Positions 52,420-63,998 of a stretch of 64,000 nt of DNA are shown in pieces. The stretch lies in contig CM106586.1 of assembly GCA_048013815.1 (NCBI GenBank), positions 5,952,001 through 6,016,000 of the forward strand. The letters run 5' to 3'. Both the position numbers and the translations under genes were made by a program. This DNA is from Setoptus koraiensis. Lineage: Eukaryota; Animalia; Arthropoda. The notes beneath the pieces are model-generated. The model was not told the DNA's origin. It ran no database searches and saw only the letters and a program-made list of their open reading frames with translations. Each line of letters opens with the position of its first letter. Position 1 is the first letter of the stretch.

Positions 52420-55400
52420 GACAATGAACACAAAAGTCACTGAAAACCGACCGGGCAGGTTCAATTTGGGATTGGCCGGCAACGAATGACAAGCAGCGAC
52501 CACACAACTAGTGTTCTCACATGGCCAATCACAATCAGTCGGGCTGCTGTCATCAGGTTCGCTATAACTAAACAAATGGCCTCACAGTCAAAAGTTAATC
52601 TGTTCACTTTACGAGCCAATCCGACGCTAATCCGATTTGGTTAAACTACCAATAAACTAATAAAGAGTCAACTGCAACTCGTTTGAACAATCATCGATGA
52701 ATAAATTGAATCACCAACAGCGACTTGTTCGTTGCGTCATCAATGGCCGTAGTTTATAAACAATCTCTAATATCATGTAAAAATGTATTTATATGTGATG
52801 CAATATACAAATAATGAGAATTAAAGAGAATTATTCTCAAATGGTTTGCAACTCACCTTCAATTGTTTCCAATAAATGTAAATAAGTGAGATTATGATTG
52901 TTATAATGATAAATGCAAAACCAATGCATGTGTGACTGTAAATGGGCATGCCTGGTATTAGGCATCTAATGGCCAATATTGATAATGTTATTAGTCCAAC
53001 ACAAATGAGATACAAGTGAAACAATGGATCAAATTGGCTAGTTCTGTTCTTTTTGCCGCCAGCTTTGCCACGATTGCAATTGATAAAAAAGAACTGCTTC
53101 CAGGCCCTACATACGTTACGAATAACGATATAACAAATAAATGAACGTGTAAATATGCATGTTAGATAAACAAAGTGTTATAAACAAAGAGATAATACAT
53201 CGCCGATTTAGATTGAACCGATTGATTAGATTTGCTATCACTACGGTCGATATTGAATGATTAAATAATAAGTAGTAATAATAATAAGTAGTCGCATCTC
53301 ATGCCTCGCTCTGCAAGAAACCGAAACGTATGAGATATACGAGATGTAACAAAGCTAAACTAATCATCGTGGGGCAAAAAAAGGGCATCCGGATAAGTAG
53401 TCGAGGGTTGTTGACTGCGTTACTTTTAGCAGAGAAAAACTATTGCTGGCAATATTATTACAGGGGAACTTTTCTGCCGATTAACTGTTTTCAGAGGCGA
53501 CACCCAAAAGCCAAGTGACTAGCACCAGCGATCTAAGCATGTCTCATCAGACCAATGCGACTGAATGACAGACTGATCCGGCAACTTGACTGCTCTTCTA
53601 AAGTCTACATTCCAGTCCAATATCAGTACCGACAACGCTGAAATCACCTGTTCAAGCGACTCTGGCAACTCGGGCTGCTCTGGCCATTTTGCCTCATTGA
53701 TTGATCGACCATAATAGGCAATAAAACAAAATGGACAGCTAATTAAATGCACATGTGCACTGGCCAGGTGAGTGTTGGCTACAATTAAGGGCCAATGTTG
53801 TAATCGCTGTGCGATGGTGAGTACATTTGAATGGCATTTGACTTTGATTTTAGTTAGTGTCGTTGTCTGATGTTGTTGTTGATTGTTGTTGGCTCGGCTC
53901 GCTTTGAGTCGATGGCCTATAGAGTGGCCTCAATGGCGAGATTTCCCATGAGATGTTGGCACATCTATTCGCAAACGAATCTAACGAAAACAATTGAGAT
54001 ATATATGTATTGTTTATATGTTGTTTATATATGATCAACGACGTGAGCCAATAAACAAGGATAGAAAAAACGTTTCGCTGTATAGCTCGTGTTTGGGTCA
54101 TGTTCAGCCGTGTTTAGCCGTGTTTGGCATTTGACGCGAGTGACTGTGAAAATGTGTGTCGGTCAGAAGTGACAGAGAATCGCTAAACGATGATGATAAA
54201 GGTATGATGATGAGATGATAGATAAATGATGGGCCAATTAGGCCCAATAGCCCGCCGAAACAATTGCAATTGATCGCGGGGGCGGCAACACATCAAAAAA
54301 CAACAACTTGCTACAACAAAACAAATTATTGCTGATTGCTGATTGTTGCTCGTTGCTGATTGTTGCTTGTTTCTCGTTGTTTGCATGTTGCCGACCGTCA
54401 TATAATCAAGGTAATAATGGCAATCACTCATACTGTTTATGTTTTCTTGCACGCTCACAACACGCCCGATAACAACTTGCTATAATGCGCCATCATGGAC
54501 GTTCAAACGCTCACAATATCTGGCACAAGTCTAACAGGTAAAACAATTAATCAATTAATTGATGCCTCTATAACTGATAGGGCCAGGTAAACTGGCGACC
54601 ATAAATAAAAAGCAGATCACCCAGTGCTATAGGCGCTAAGGATAGAGGGAGAGCCCGCACAAGACCGCTGGCGACATTTCAGCGTCAGCAGCATTGTTTT
54701 TGGTCGATTGCAACAGCCGATTTTGCTGATCAACTTACTGTCCGAGGGGCATGTTTCCAATGGCCGATTTCATGGTTGAGTCCACTTTGGCGTGTATCTC
54801 TCTATACTTTTTCAAGCTCGTCTCCAGAGCGAGGCGTCGTTGAGCGAAATTCATGGCGTCGCTTGTCGAGCGTCCCTACACACATTTGTTGCACAACATT
54901 TTATAGGTGCGTAGATAAGATTATACATATGTGATAGGTAATAATAATAATTATGACATATATCAACAATTAGCTCACTATAAACATTGGCAATAATACC
55001 TACTCTGAGTTTCTCGATGTGCGCCTTGAGTTTCTCTGTTTGACCCCGTCGTTTAGCCATGGGCGACGCAGATAAATCGCTGGTGCTTACACTAATCCTT
55101 TCGGATATTAGATATGTTATCTCTGAGCCGCTTGTTGGTTGCGTTGAGGTTATAATTAAATTATCGCGCCGTTTGTCATTCTTAGGTATGAGATCCAATG
55201 TTCGTTGAGTGATATGTACAAAACCCGGCTGACCGTTGTGCTCCATCCTGTTTGCCTTCATGGCATCTATGGACCAAATGTCGAATTGCCATTTTCGTAA
55301 GCCGAGCAAGCCGGACAAAACAGAGCCCGAATTAACGCCAATGCGCATATCGATGTCCACCTGGCGAAGCTGACGGACAGAACTGCGAATATGTTTTAAA

Positions 55401-57242
55401 GGGAATACAATGGGTATTCAGGTTAGCATAAATGTATGAGCAGTGGGCGAGCAAATTCAAACGACAAGACAGTGGCGCGCTACGAAATATCCGGATATTT
55501 CAACCAGAAGTTGTGCAATATTCAAATATCGCATAACGAGCATTTATCGGGGCATTGATCGGAGGTTGGAGGGTACCCACTTGATGATCTTGATCATGTC
55601 GAGGCCCATCATGAGGCTGTTGATGGCATGGTCGATGTCGAATACTGGCAGGCCCGACACACAATAGTAACAGTCGCCCAGTAGCTTTATTCTGAGACAT
55701 TTGTTTTTCTCTGCGGACTCATCGAAGCGCCCATACAATTCATTGAGTGTTTCCACCAGTTCGGCGGGACGTAATTTGTCCGTTAGTGTCATCGAATTGA
55801 CAATGTCAGCATACAAAATGGTGACATTCTCGTATTTTTCCACATATAAATTGTAGAAGGGCTTAAATGGTGTCGCTTGTTGCTTGTACATTCGCGAAAT
55901 GGCATTTCTAATTTCGTCTCTAATTTGCTCTATCAAGTGCTGAGGAAAACACGATCTCAACAATTGCTCTTGTTGCTCTTTCTCATAATTCAATTTATAC
56001 GTAGACTGTATGCAGTAGCGATGATTTAAAAAGGTCCTCCTAGTGGCTATTTCAAGTAGAAATGTTATCTGAAAGCCAATCATGGCACTAGAGGCATAGA
56101 AAATAATATCGGCCACTGAGTATTGTGTCAGAAAGTCGGCCTTACAGTTGTTGTCCAAACGACTAATGTATGTGACGATAATCTCCAACGATGCTATCAC
56201 TATTGTCGCCGCACAAGATTGAATACGCGACGGAAATGGGAGAAAGACATGATTTGTTATAATGAGATAATAGGTGAGCCTGATGCGCGCCAACGGCGTT
56301 GATTGGTCGTTGACAAGTGCACATATGGCGCCGCCTGTTGACAGGTAAACATGGTTGGGATGAAGATACATTCAATCGGTTATTAATTAATATGTATTTA
56401 TAATATAATTAGTTTGATATATTTGCCTGAGGAGCTGGTGTTACTCACTGGCTTCGGCAAAAATCATAGCCAGCAGCACCGCCAGAGAGGCCATGGTGCG
56501 CGAAAATTTCGACCTCATCCATATTTTGTTGAACCAGATCAGTGTTAGGAATGCGCCAAAGACAAACAGTGATGCCAGTCTCATGAGTGCGGGCACTGAC
56601 GATATTTTCAAATATTGTTATAGATAGAAGAGAGTGAAAGTGTATATTAGATAATATATTCGAGACGTGGCAAACTTTCCACTGATGGTGTTTAGACAAC
56701 GGTAGAAAGTTCGAGCAAAGTCAGCCAACAGGTGAATGGTGTAGATGGGGCCTATCCACCTATCGTATGTAGCAAGTACATAGGGTGCTCGGGGTGCAGG
56801 GGAAACACTCACGTGGGTAGAGGTCGCTATAACGGGACAACAGGTACACTATGACCGCGCCCGCATTGAATATAATGTTCAATATTAATAGTACTACGAA
56901 AAAGGATTGTTGCAAGCGTGCCTGATAGGTGTGAAATAAACTCTCGGAATGTGTCAGTTTGAACTCTCGTCTCAAATCCTTCCACGACCATTTAGAGTTG
57001 ACGTCCAAATCTTGCTCCTCGTCGTGTTCTGTGGTCTCGTTTGTGCTCCAATCATCGCGATCTGGGCCGGTGTGGCTGTTGAGCGAAGCAAAATGATTTG
57101 TTTCATCTTGCGTCGTGAATCCTGTGTCGAGATTGCTTGTCGAAGATCCGCCAATATACAGATAATTATCATTGTCGAGATTGTTGTTGTCTATGTCGCT
57201 GCCAGAATTTGCATCCCAGAATCTTTCATTATTATACATCAT
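50549..57242 (-). CDS. Transmembrane (class III) adenylyl cyclase, at least 11 exons, interrupted by an assembly gap
   Basis: Exons 57242-56813, 56595-56449, 56334-55581, 55382-55004, 54875-54739, 53106-52857, 52300-52209, 51908-51845, 51740-51666, 51546-gap, 50913-50549; phase-consistent (exon 7/8 junction least certain). C1a: [46 protein letters not shown]2 end: [32 protein letters not shown]. Confidence 0.9.
50967..51466. other. Scaffold gap (500 N)
   Basis: Direct reading; falls inside the cyclase gene. Confidence 1.
52342..52417. repeat. (TC)38 microsatellite in cyclase intron 6
   Basis: Direct reading. Confidence 0.95.
53606..54485. repeat. Direct repeat R2 core, inside cyclase intron 5 (53107-54738)
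   Basis: Near-identical to 49018-49886. Confidence 0.95.
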
Positions 57243-58093
57243 GTTGTTGTGATTGTTGTTTGTCCACCAGCGAACCACAAACAAGCAAACAAACAAGATT
57301 TGTAGATAGAGAGGGAGAGAGAAGCGAACAACATTAATTGCACAAGCAACAACAGTAATCCACCTGTCTATGCCAGCTAAAGCCGGGTCGCCTGGCTGGC
57401 TGGCAGGCTCGCTATCAGGCGGCGAGTTGACATGGACATGTTAGTTTAGCGACATGATAGTTTCAGCAGAAACCGTTTAGACAACAAACAATGTTGTTGT
57501 TGTTGTTGTAATCACAATTGTGGCACCACAACGACGACTGGAGGGCGATAGGCGATAGGTGATACAAAACGCAATCATAAAATACAAACAAATATTGAAA
57601 GATGACAAAAGAAGCAGCGAAAAAATGTGTTTTCGTTTGAATCGCGCGCGCCTCTGTCTGCTAGCTAAATCACGGTTACACTTACACTGCACAAACATGA
57701 ATCGGCCAGTGCGGGAGGTTAATCTCGCTGTTTGTCTGTCTGCCCGTCCGTCTGGCTGGCTGTTTGTTAGCACAGCACTGCTTTGGATGTTGATCGTCAG
57801 TCAACCTATTTACGCACACTGTACTTATAATACATGATATAATTATTCAATCGTCATTTTGTTGAACAATCATTGTACATTGCTGACGATATTCAACATT
57901 TTCCAGAAGATTTGCCCACAAGATATTATCGTATATTTCTTGTCATACTGTAGTGTGTATCAATCAATTAACTAACACACACGCAACAATCACCGGATAA
58001 TAACACTGTACCAATTATCTCTCTTTTCCTCTCTTGTCACATTTAATAATTACAAACATTTGTCACTCAACCAACAAACATCATTTGTCAGAA

Positions 58094-59788
58094 ATGGATA
58101 GTGAAAGATTTTGGGACGGCGAAACCGCCGAGGACAATCTAGACGACGAAGATGACATCGGCGGCGATATAGACGCATTCAATGATGAAACATTTGGCAA
58201 TGCCGACGAATGGAACGAGGACGAACACGAAGAGCTCATAGCTCAAGACGAAATATTATCGGGTCCCGCTAGAATCAACACAAACCATCACAATAATAAT
58301 AATAACAACAACAACAACAACAACAATAATAATATGAACAACAACAACAATAATAATAATAATAATTTTAACATAATCAACAACAACAACAACAGAAGCA
58401 TGAGCAACAACAATACCAACGTCAACGATAACAACATTAGCGCCAATACAAACAGTCAGCAACAGTTCAATATGGTGATCGATGATTGCAGTTCAATATT
58501 TAATAATCTTCACATCAGCGCTGGGGCGGCCGCGGCAGCCGCCTTAGCAGCTGCTCACGGACATCCTCAAGGCCCCAGCATCAACGCCCAGTTCCCACAC
58601 CCAGGCCCTAGTGGTATGATTGGATGGAGTCCATTCGGAAGCAAAGATCTCTTTAATAACAGTCCCTATGGCGATCCCGGCGAACTATTAGCCCAGCAAC
58701 AACAATTTCTACTTCAACAACAGCAGCTGCTTCAACAACATATGAGCACACCTAGACTCCCAAAAGTGCAGACAGTAGAAGAGTTGGAGAGGCAGTTTTT
58801 TCTAGAAAGCCAACAGCAAGCAGCTCGCCAGCAACAAGCGGCTGCTTCCAATCAACAAAACAACAACTTGAACAACAACAACAATAATAATAATAACAAC
58901 CACAGCAACAACAGCGGCAACCAGCACCAGCATAATAATAACAAGAGCAGGCGACAACAGAACACATCAACAACAGATACCTCACGAGAGTACGGCCAAC
59001 AATCCTCCTCATCTTCTTCCAGGGGTCATCACACGAGGCAACAGCATCAGTCGGACCAGAAGAGGCATCAGAACCGAGAAAACCAACACCGGGATAACCA
59101 ACACCGAACTAATCAACATCGGGACAACCAACACAGAGATAACCAACACAGAGATAACCAACACAGAGATAACCAACACAGAGACAACCAACACAGAGAC
59201 AACCAACACCGAGATAATCAACACCGAGATAACCAACACCGAGATAACCACCATCACCACCAGAACACTAATAGAATTATTCAAAACGCGCGTCGGGCAC
59301 CCATGATTGTTCCACCCCAAGTGCAACTTGAAGTCATTGAAAAGTCTAAGAATTTGTACTCATTAACGGCAATGCACCCTGAAGAGTTTTTTATGGACAG
59401 AGTGCCTACAAGAAGCGATGGATTTCCTTTCAGAAATCACTCAGTCGAGAATCAAGCACAACATGACGGAGTGCTAAATGATAAAGAGAAAAATTGGCTT
59501 GTTAAAATTCAGCAACAAATTCAGTTACAGTTTGACAATAACATCGAAGAAGACTACTATCATATATTATATCAAATGAAAAAAGGAAATTCTCTTACAT
59601 GCGATCATAATGAACTCACAAACAGGCACCTGCAAATGGTTAACGCGGATACACAGCAGTCGTCAGCATTGTACTCGCCACGACAATTCATTGGTTCACT
59701 TGGCAAAATATCAGTATCTACTGTTAATTGTCCTCGTCAATTGTTGGATATGGGCAATACTAGTGAGCCGGTTACATCGTTTGAATAA
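58094..59788 (+). CDS. PATL1: PAT1 homolog (mRNA decapping activator/P-body scaffold), intronless, ~564 aa, no PatC domain seen
   Basis: N-terminal acidic region with [17 protein letters not shown]; Mid-domain motifs [17 protein letters not shown] and [22 protein letters not shown] (MDSERFWD) at 58094. Confidence 0.88.
   Translation: MDSERFWDGETAEDNLDDEDDIGGDIDAFNDETFGNADEWNEDEHEELIAQDEILSGPARINTNHHNNNNNNNNNNNNNNMNNNNNNNNNNFNIINNNNNRSMSNNNTNVNDNNISANTNSQQQFNMVIDDCSSIFNNLHISAGAAAAAALAAAHGHPQGPSINAQFPHPGPSGMIGWSPFGSKDLFNNSPYGDPGELLAQQQQFLLQQQQLLQQHMSTPRLPKVQTVEELERQFFLESQQQAARQQQAAASNQQNNNLNNNNNNNNNNHSNNSGNQHQHNNNKSRRQQNTSTTDTSREYGQQSSSSSSRGHHTRQQHQSDQKRHQNRENQHRDNQHRTNQHRDNQHRDNQHRDNQHRDNQHRDNQHRDNQHRDNQHRDNQHRDNHHHHQNTNRIIQNARRAPMIVPPQVQLEVIEKSKNLYSLTAMHPEEFFMDRVPTRSDGFPFRNHSVENQAQHDGVLNDKEKNWLVKIQQQIQLQFDNNIEEDYYHILYQMKKGNSLTCDHNELTNRHLQMVNADTQQSSALYSPRQFIGSLGKISVSTVNCPRQLLDMGNTSEPVTSFE
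59081..59245 (+). repeat. Coding 15-bp tandem repeat, (NQHRD)x11, in PAT1
   Basis: 11 units counted; variation is mostly synonymous. Confidence 0.95.
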
Positions 59789-59841
59789 CAATAATCCTAG
59801 TGAACTCTGAAATTGATCTAATAAGTACTACGTTAATATGG

Positions 59842-60229
59842 TTATTGTGTGTTTGTCGGTTGATTATTATTATTTTTCGAATTGTTGCTACTGGTTGCAG
59901 TTGTGGTTGGATCTGTGGTTGTGCTGTTTGTCGCATTATTTGTCGTCACCCGAACTGTCGTCGCTGTCGATGTTGTGTTTGGCGACAATTGACGATTTGT
60001 ATCGTCGACACGCTAATCAGTATCGCCGTTCTATGATAATCGGTTAGAGATGATGGTTTTGGTTGTAGTTGTTTGGTCGGTTGTCTAGCCAACCAACGAG
60101 CTCTCTGTTGCGTCCAAACTGGCAGTGATCGTTGGTTGTTGTGATTGATTTTCTGCGACGGCTGGTGGTTTATTAGTAGACACTGGCCTTTCCTGCTGTT
60201 TTGCAAGCTCCGAACTGTTGCTTATAAAT
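59842..60229 (-). pseudogene. 3' remnant of the CBM14 mucin-like gene
   Basis: Colinear 388-bp copy of 27565-27952; two codons (CAA, CAG) changed to in-frame TAG near 60010-60035. Confidence 0.88.
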
Positions 60230-60607
60230 TAAAACCACGGCGGCAAGTTTTGCGATGATAAGAAGGTTTACACAAGTTTCCAATTCAGAACACAATGATT
60301 CTCGCAATAGTAATAAAAAAATTGTTTTGGTCGTCGCATTCACTTTCTCCGACCGTACGATGGTCATGAATATTGATGTGGATATTCATGAATAGATGTG
60401 CATTTTGAGGCAGATTTTCGAACTTTGCGCCTCACTGATTTGGCGCGTTCAGAGCGATTCCAACATGATGTTGTTGTTTTTATTATGACATTTTTATGAC
60501 AGACAACCACTTTTGAATAACATATCAGTCCCCTCTTTTTTAACAATATTGTAACATTTATTTATTTATATATATCATATTTATTCTCGCATCATCATAA
60601 CTCAAGA

Positions 60608-61570
60608 ATGGCCCCAGTCAAGACGTCCCACGTGGGATTTGATTCATTGCCTGAACAGTATGTGAGCCGGGCCACAAGGCAAGGCTTCTCATTCAACATT
60701 CTTGTAGCGGGTCCAACAGGTATAGGGAAGACCACCCTACTAGACTCCATTTTTGACAACAAATTCCCCGATACATCAACACAAACTCATGATATGGAAC
60801 ATGTCGATCTCAATGTACAGGCCTTTAACTTGGTCAACAATTCTATAAATCTCAAATTAACCATTGTGGAAACAATGGGATTCGCTGACCAATTGGACAA
60901 ATCTGATTGCCATCAGGCGATTGTCCAATACATCGACAATCAGTTCGAGAGTTATCTTCAAGAAGAGCTCAAAGTACAACGTTCAAAATATAAGGACTCC
61001 AAAGATCCTCGCGTCCATTGTTGCATCTATTTAATTGCGCCCACCGGTTATGGGTTGAGATCGGTCGACCTCATCACGATGAAACATCTTCATACTAGAG
61101 TCTGTCTGATACCCGTCATTGCGAAGGCTGATACCCTGACGAAATCTGAGAGAGAAATTTTCAAGACAAAGATAATGAATGAAATAAATCAAAACCATAT
61201 TGAGATTTATCATTTTCCAACGGAGGAACTTGAAAGTACACTGGGTAATAAACACGCCACAAATATTAATGATTTGCTACCTTTTGCTGTCATAGCAAGT
61301 AACGAGTTTGCGAATATCAACAATAAAAAAGTTAGAGTTCGCCACTATCCTTGGGGAGAAGTTCAAATCGAGAACGATGCCCATTCGGATTTTTGTATAT
61401 TGAGAAATTTGGTCCTGTGTACAAACATGGTTAAATTGGTGGAGACCACTGATGATGTTCATTACGAGAGATATCGTCAAGCACGTCTCCAAGAGATGGG
61501 ATTCGCTATGAATGGTGAAAAGTTAAACACATTCGAGCAAGCCTTGGCCGCAAGAAAGGATAACTTGTAA
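60608..61570 (+). CDS. Sep2: Septin, SEPT6/Sep2 group, copy B, intronless, 320 aa
   Basis: Same motifs as copy A; ends EMGFAMNGEKLNTFEQALAARKDNL, which resembles the native post-GTPase linker. Confidence 0.9.
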   Translation: MAPVKTSHVGFDSLPEQYVSRATRQGFSFNILVAGPTGIGKTTLLDSIFDNKFPDTSTQTHDMEHVDLNVQAFNLVNNSINLKLTIVETMGFADQLDKSDCHQAIVQYIDNQFESYLQEELKVQRSKYKDSKDPRVHCCIYLIAPTGYGLRSVDLITMKHLHTRVCLIPVIAKADTLTKSEREIFKTKIMNEINQNHIEIYHFPTEELESTLGNKHATNINDLLPFAVIASNEFANINNKKVRVRHYPWGEVQIENDAHSDFCILRNLVLCTNMVKLVETTDDVHYERYRQARLQEMGFAMNGEKLNTFEQALAARKDNL

Positions 61571-61725
61571 TTTAATTTATTGGCGCTCCTCACATATACT
61601 GCAAGCTGTCTGTTGCCTAACTGGGCAAACATGGCAATAAATGAGACCTGAAGCGAAACAAGATTGGTTGCTTGTGTGCGATTTATTGAATTAGATTGGT
61701 TTAATGTCTCTCTCTAACAGATAGT

Positions 61726-63234
61726 TCAGCTCATTATCACTGAACCAGTTGTAGGGTTAACGATCATGCGATGATTAAACATGGAATTTGCCGGGTTATT
61801 CATATTGAAATTCCGGTTTCGACCCAAGTTGTTGATTGGTTGCCCATTTGGTTGTGTATTCATAGGATATATATCGCTGAAAGGATTGCTACCAAACTCT
61901 TGGTTTTGGCGCATACCGTTGAAGCTGGGATTAATGGGCTGGGGCACATTGAGATTGAAATTGGGATTTACTACCGGTTGCTGGTAACCAGGTAAGTTAT
62001 TTGGTTGAATTAATTGGTTGGTTGGTGTATGGAAGTAGGCTGGATTAACAGTATTAAAAGAGTCCATTTGCTGCGGTTGCGGTGTCAATGGTTGTTGCTG
62101 CGGCGCTAATTGTTGCTGCGGCTGTATCTGATAATTGTTGTTATGGTAGTCCATCGCTGGATTGATTGGTGGCCCGTTGTTTCCTAGTGGTGGCGATTGG
62201 TTTGCCGCCTCTATTGATTGTAAGTTGTCGACGAACATCCTGCAAACAATCACCGACACATAGTGTAAACCGAGAGTGCTCGGGTTGGATTCGACTAAAT
62301 CTTTCGCTAGTGCTTGCGGAGATATTGTCGTGCGCAATAGATTGTCAACGTAACCACTGTATTGATTTGACAAGTCGAGCAGATTTTGACAGTCATTCTG
62401 GAGACTTTGCATAACTTTATTCTGAGGCTGATTCGGTGCCATCACTTGCCCATTGATGTTACTTTCAGCCACTGAAGTGGTCGTCTTTTTGTCTTCTGTT
62501 TGTCTAAGTTCAGCATCGCTCAACACTTTTGTCTGGTGCCTTGTCGCGACAATGGGTTGCCGTGGCTGGAGTTGCTGATAACTAGGCGCAATTGCTTGAT
62601 TTAAGTTGTAAGTGCTATAGTTATTATTGTTAAATGCACCCATCCGCGTCAAAACTTGATAAACAGTCCTAACAAATTCTGAATTGTCCGAGCTTGTCGA
62701 TACATCCGTAGATCGGTTGTTCTGTGCATTTTGGTACATGTTGGTGGCAACATGGAATTTATTTATCCAATCAAACAGTGAATTAGACAGTCTGGCCTCC
62801 TGTACAGTGTAGTAACCGAGATTCGTTATGAAATTTCTCAGGTTATCATTGACCATTTGTGACCAGACAAACGAATGCTGCACAAAATGACAAGCGCAAC
62901 CCTCTGCGAACTCCATTCTAGCCATGGCATTTTTATTATTTGCCTTATGTGATGAATTTTGTTGACCATTCAAATTAGATTGATAGTTGTTATTATTGTT
63001 AGTTGTTGTTTGATATATGAATGGAGGCGATTCACAATCGCTAAAATCAGAGAACTTCGACACTCTATTGCTGGGAGAGAAACAATATCTCAGGGCATTA
63101 TTGAGATCTGATTTACGATCAGTCGATTCATTTGGATTGACAATATAATATGGGTCAGCACCGAAAGAACTCTCAAGCAGAAAGAAACAATAAAATATGT
63201 AAACCGGAAATAACTTTTTCAGTGATAGCATCAT
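61726..63234 (-). CDS. Secreted protein of unknown function, 502 aa, N/Q/P-rich C-terminus
   Basis: Long single ORF with ATG, hydrophobic N-terminal signal-like segment ending SSFG-A, six Cys; no family recognised. Confidence 0.75.
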   Translation of the reverse strand: MMLSLKKLFPVYIFYCFFLLESSFGADPYYIVNPNESTDRKSDLNNALRYCFSPSNRVSKFSDFSDCESPPFIYQTTTNNNNNYQSNLNGQQNSSHKANNKNAMARMEFAEGCACHFVQHSFVWSQMVNDNLRNFITNLGYYTVQEARLSNSLFDWINKFHVATNMYQNAQNNRSTDVSTSSDNSEFVRTVYQVLTRMGAFNNNNYSTYNLNQAIAPSYQQLQPRQPIVATRHQTKVLSDAELRQTEDKKTTTSVAESNINGQVMAPNQPQNKVMQSLQNDCQNLLDLSNQYSGYVDNLLRTTISPQALAKDLVESNPSTLGLHYVSVIVCRMFVDNLQSIEAANQSPPLGNNGPPINPAMDYHNNNYQIQPQQQLAPQQQPLTPQPQQMDSFNTVNPAYFHTPTNQLIQPNNLPGYQQPVVNPNFNLNVPQPINPSFNGMRQNQEFGSNPFSDIYPMNTQPNGQPINNLGRNRNFNMNNPANSMFNHRMIVNPTTGSVIMS

Positions 63235-63716
63235 CTTCTCTGCGACTCTCTCAGATGCTATGTATTGATTTAATAGTATCCTGGGGATGTTGGTTTAATT
63301 GATTTGATAATAGGGATAATAATACAACTAATATTTTGATCAGAGTTTCAGATCAGAGCAAATCAGACGAATACGAACGTGTGTGTCGAAAGCTTTCGAT
63401 ATCAATATTTTTCTCTGCACTCGTTCTATAAATAAACTATTTTACACATGGGGACGTCGCTGATTCTCTTCGGAATTCAGACCATCAAATGCAAATACAT
63501 TTTAATGCTCATGATTCATTGAGATATAGCGAAAGGTTTTTGTAATGTACCTCTATCCGAGAATAAGCGTGGAGGTTGAGTGGGGTATCAGTTCCATTAG
63601 TATGGATTTACCGGATCTAACATAATGTAAATCGCGTTGTTTTGATAGTTTAGATGGCTCTCTAGTCTCGCTCCGTGCCGGAACCCAGATATATCCATAG
63701 TTCGGAGTGTTCAATA

Positions 63717-63998
63717 TCAATTGGTGGGAAGAATGCAGAGCACATTGTAGCGAGAAGTGATTTTGAACAATTCAATATGAGATGCAAAACATGACATATA
63801 CTCGTCATGAGTGTCGATATCACCTGTCAGTAAGCAGTTGCAGGGAAATCCATCGAAAGACAAGCTGTCTCTCTCCGACCGACGCAAACTTTTAAAATTC
63901 GTACCCGAGAATACCGTCCAAGGCTTTTTCAGGATATATTTGTTGTTGTTTTCAATGATATCATCAATATCGTTATCACCAACCTTGAGTACAGAATA
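63717..63998 (-). CDS. Possible 3' part of a gene entering from beyond the window
   Basis: 93-codon open frame running off the window edge (YSVLKVGDNDIDDIIENN...LCILPTN*); no homology recognised. Confidence 0.3.
   Translation of the reverse strand, partial: YSVLKVGDNDIDDIIENNNKYILKKPWTVFSGTNFKSLRRSERDSLSFDGFPCNCLLTGDIDTHDEYMSCFASHIELFKITSRYNVLCILPTN

Noticed and set aside
49018-54485. R1/R2 as LTRs or transposon ends
   Set aside because: No TG..CA ends, terminal inverted repeats or target-site duplication seen; the interior is cyclase exons rather than gag/pol or transposase.
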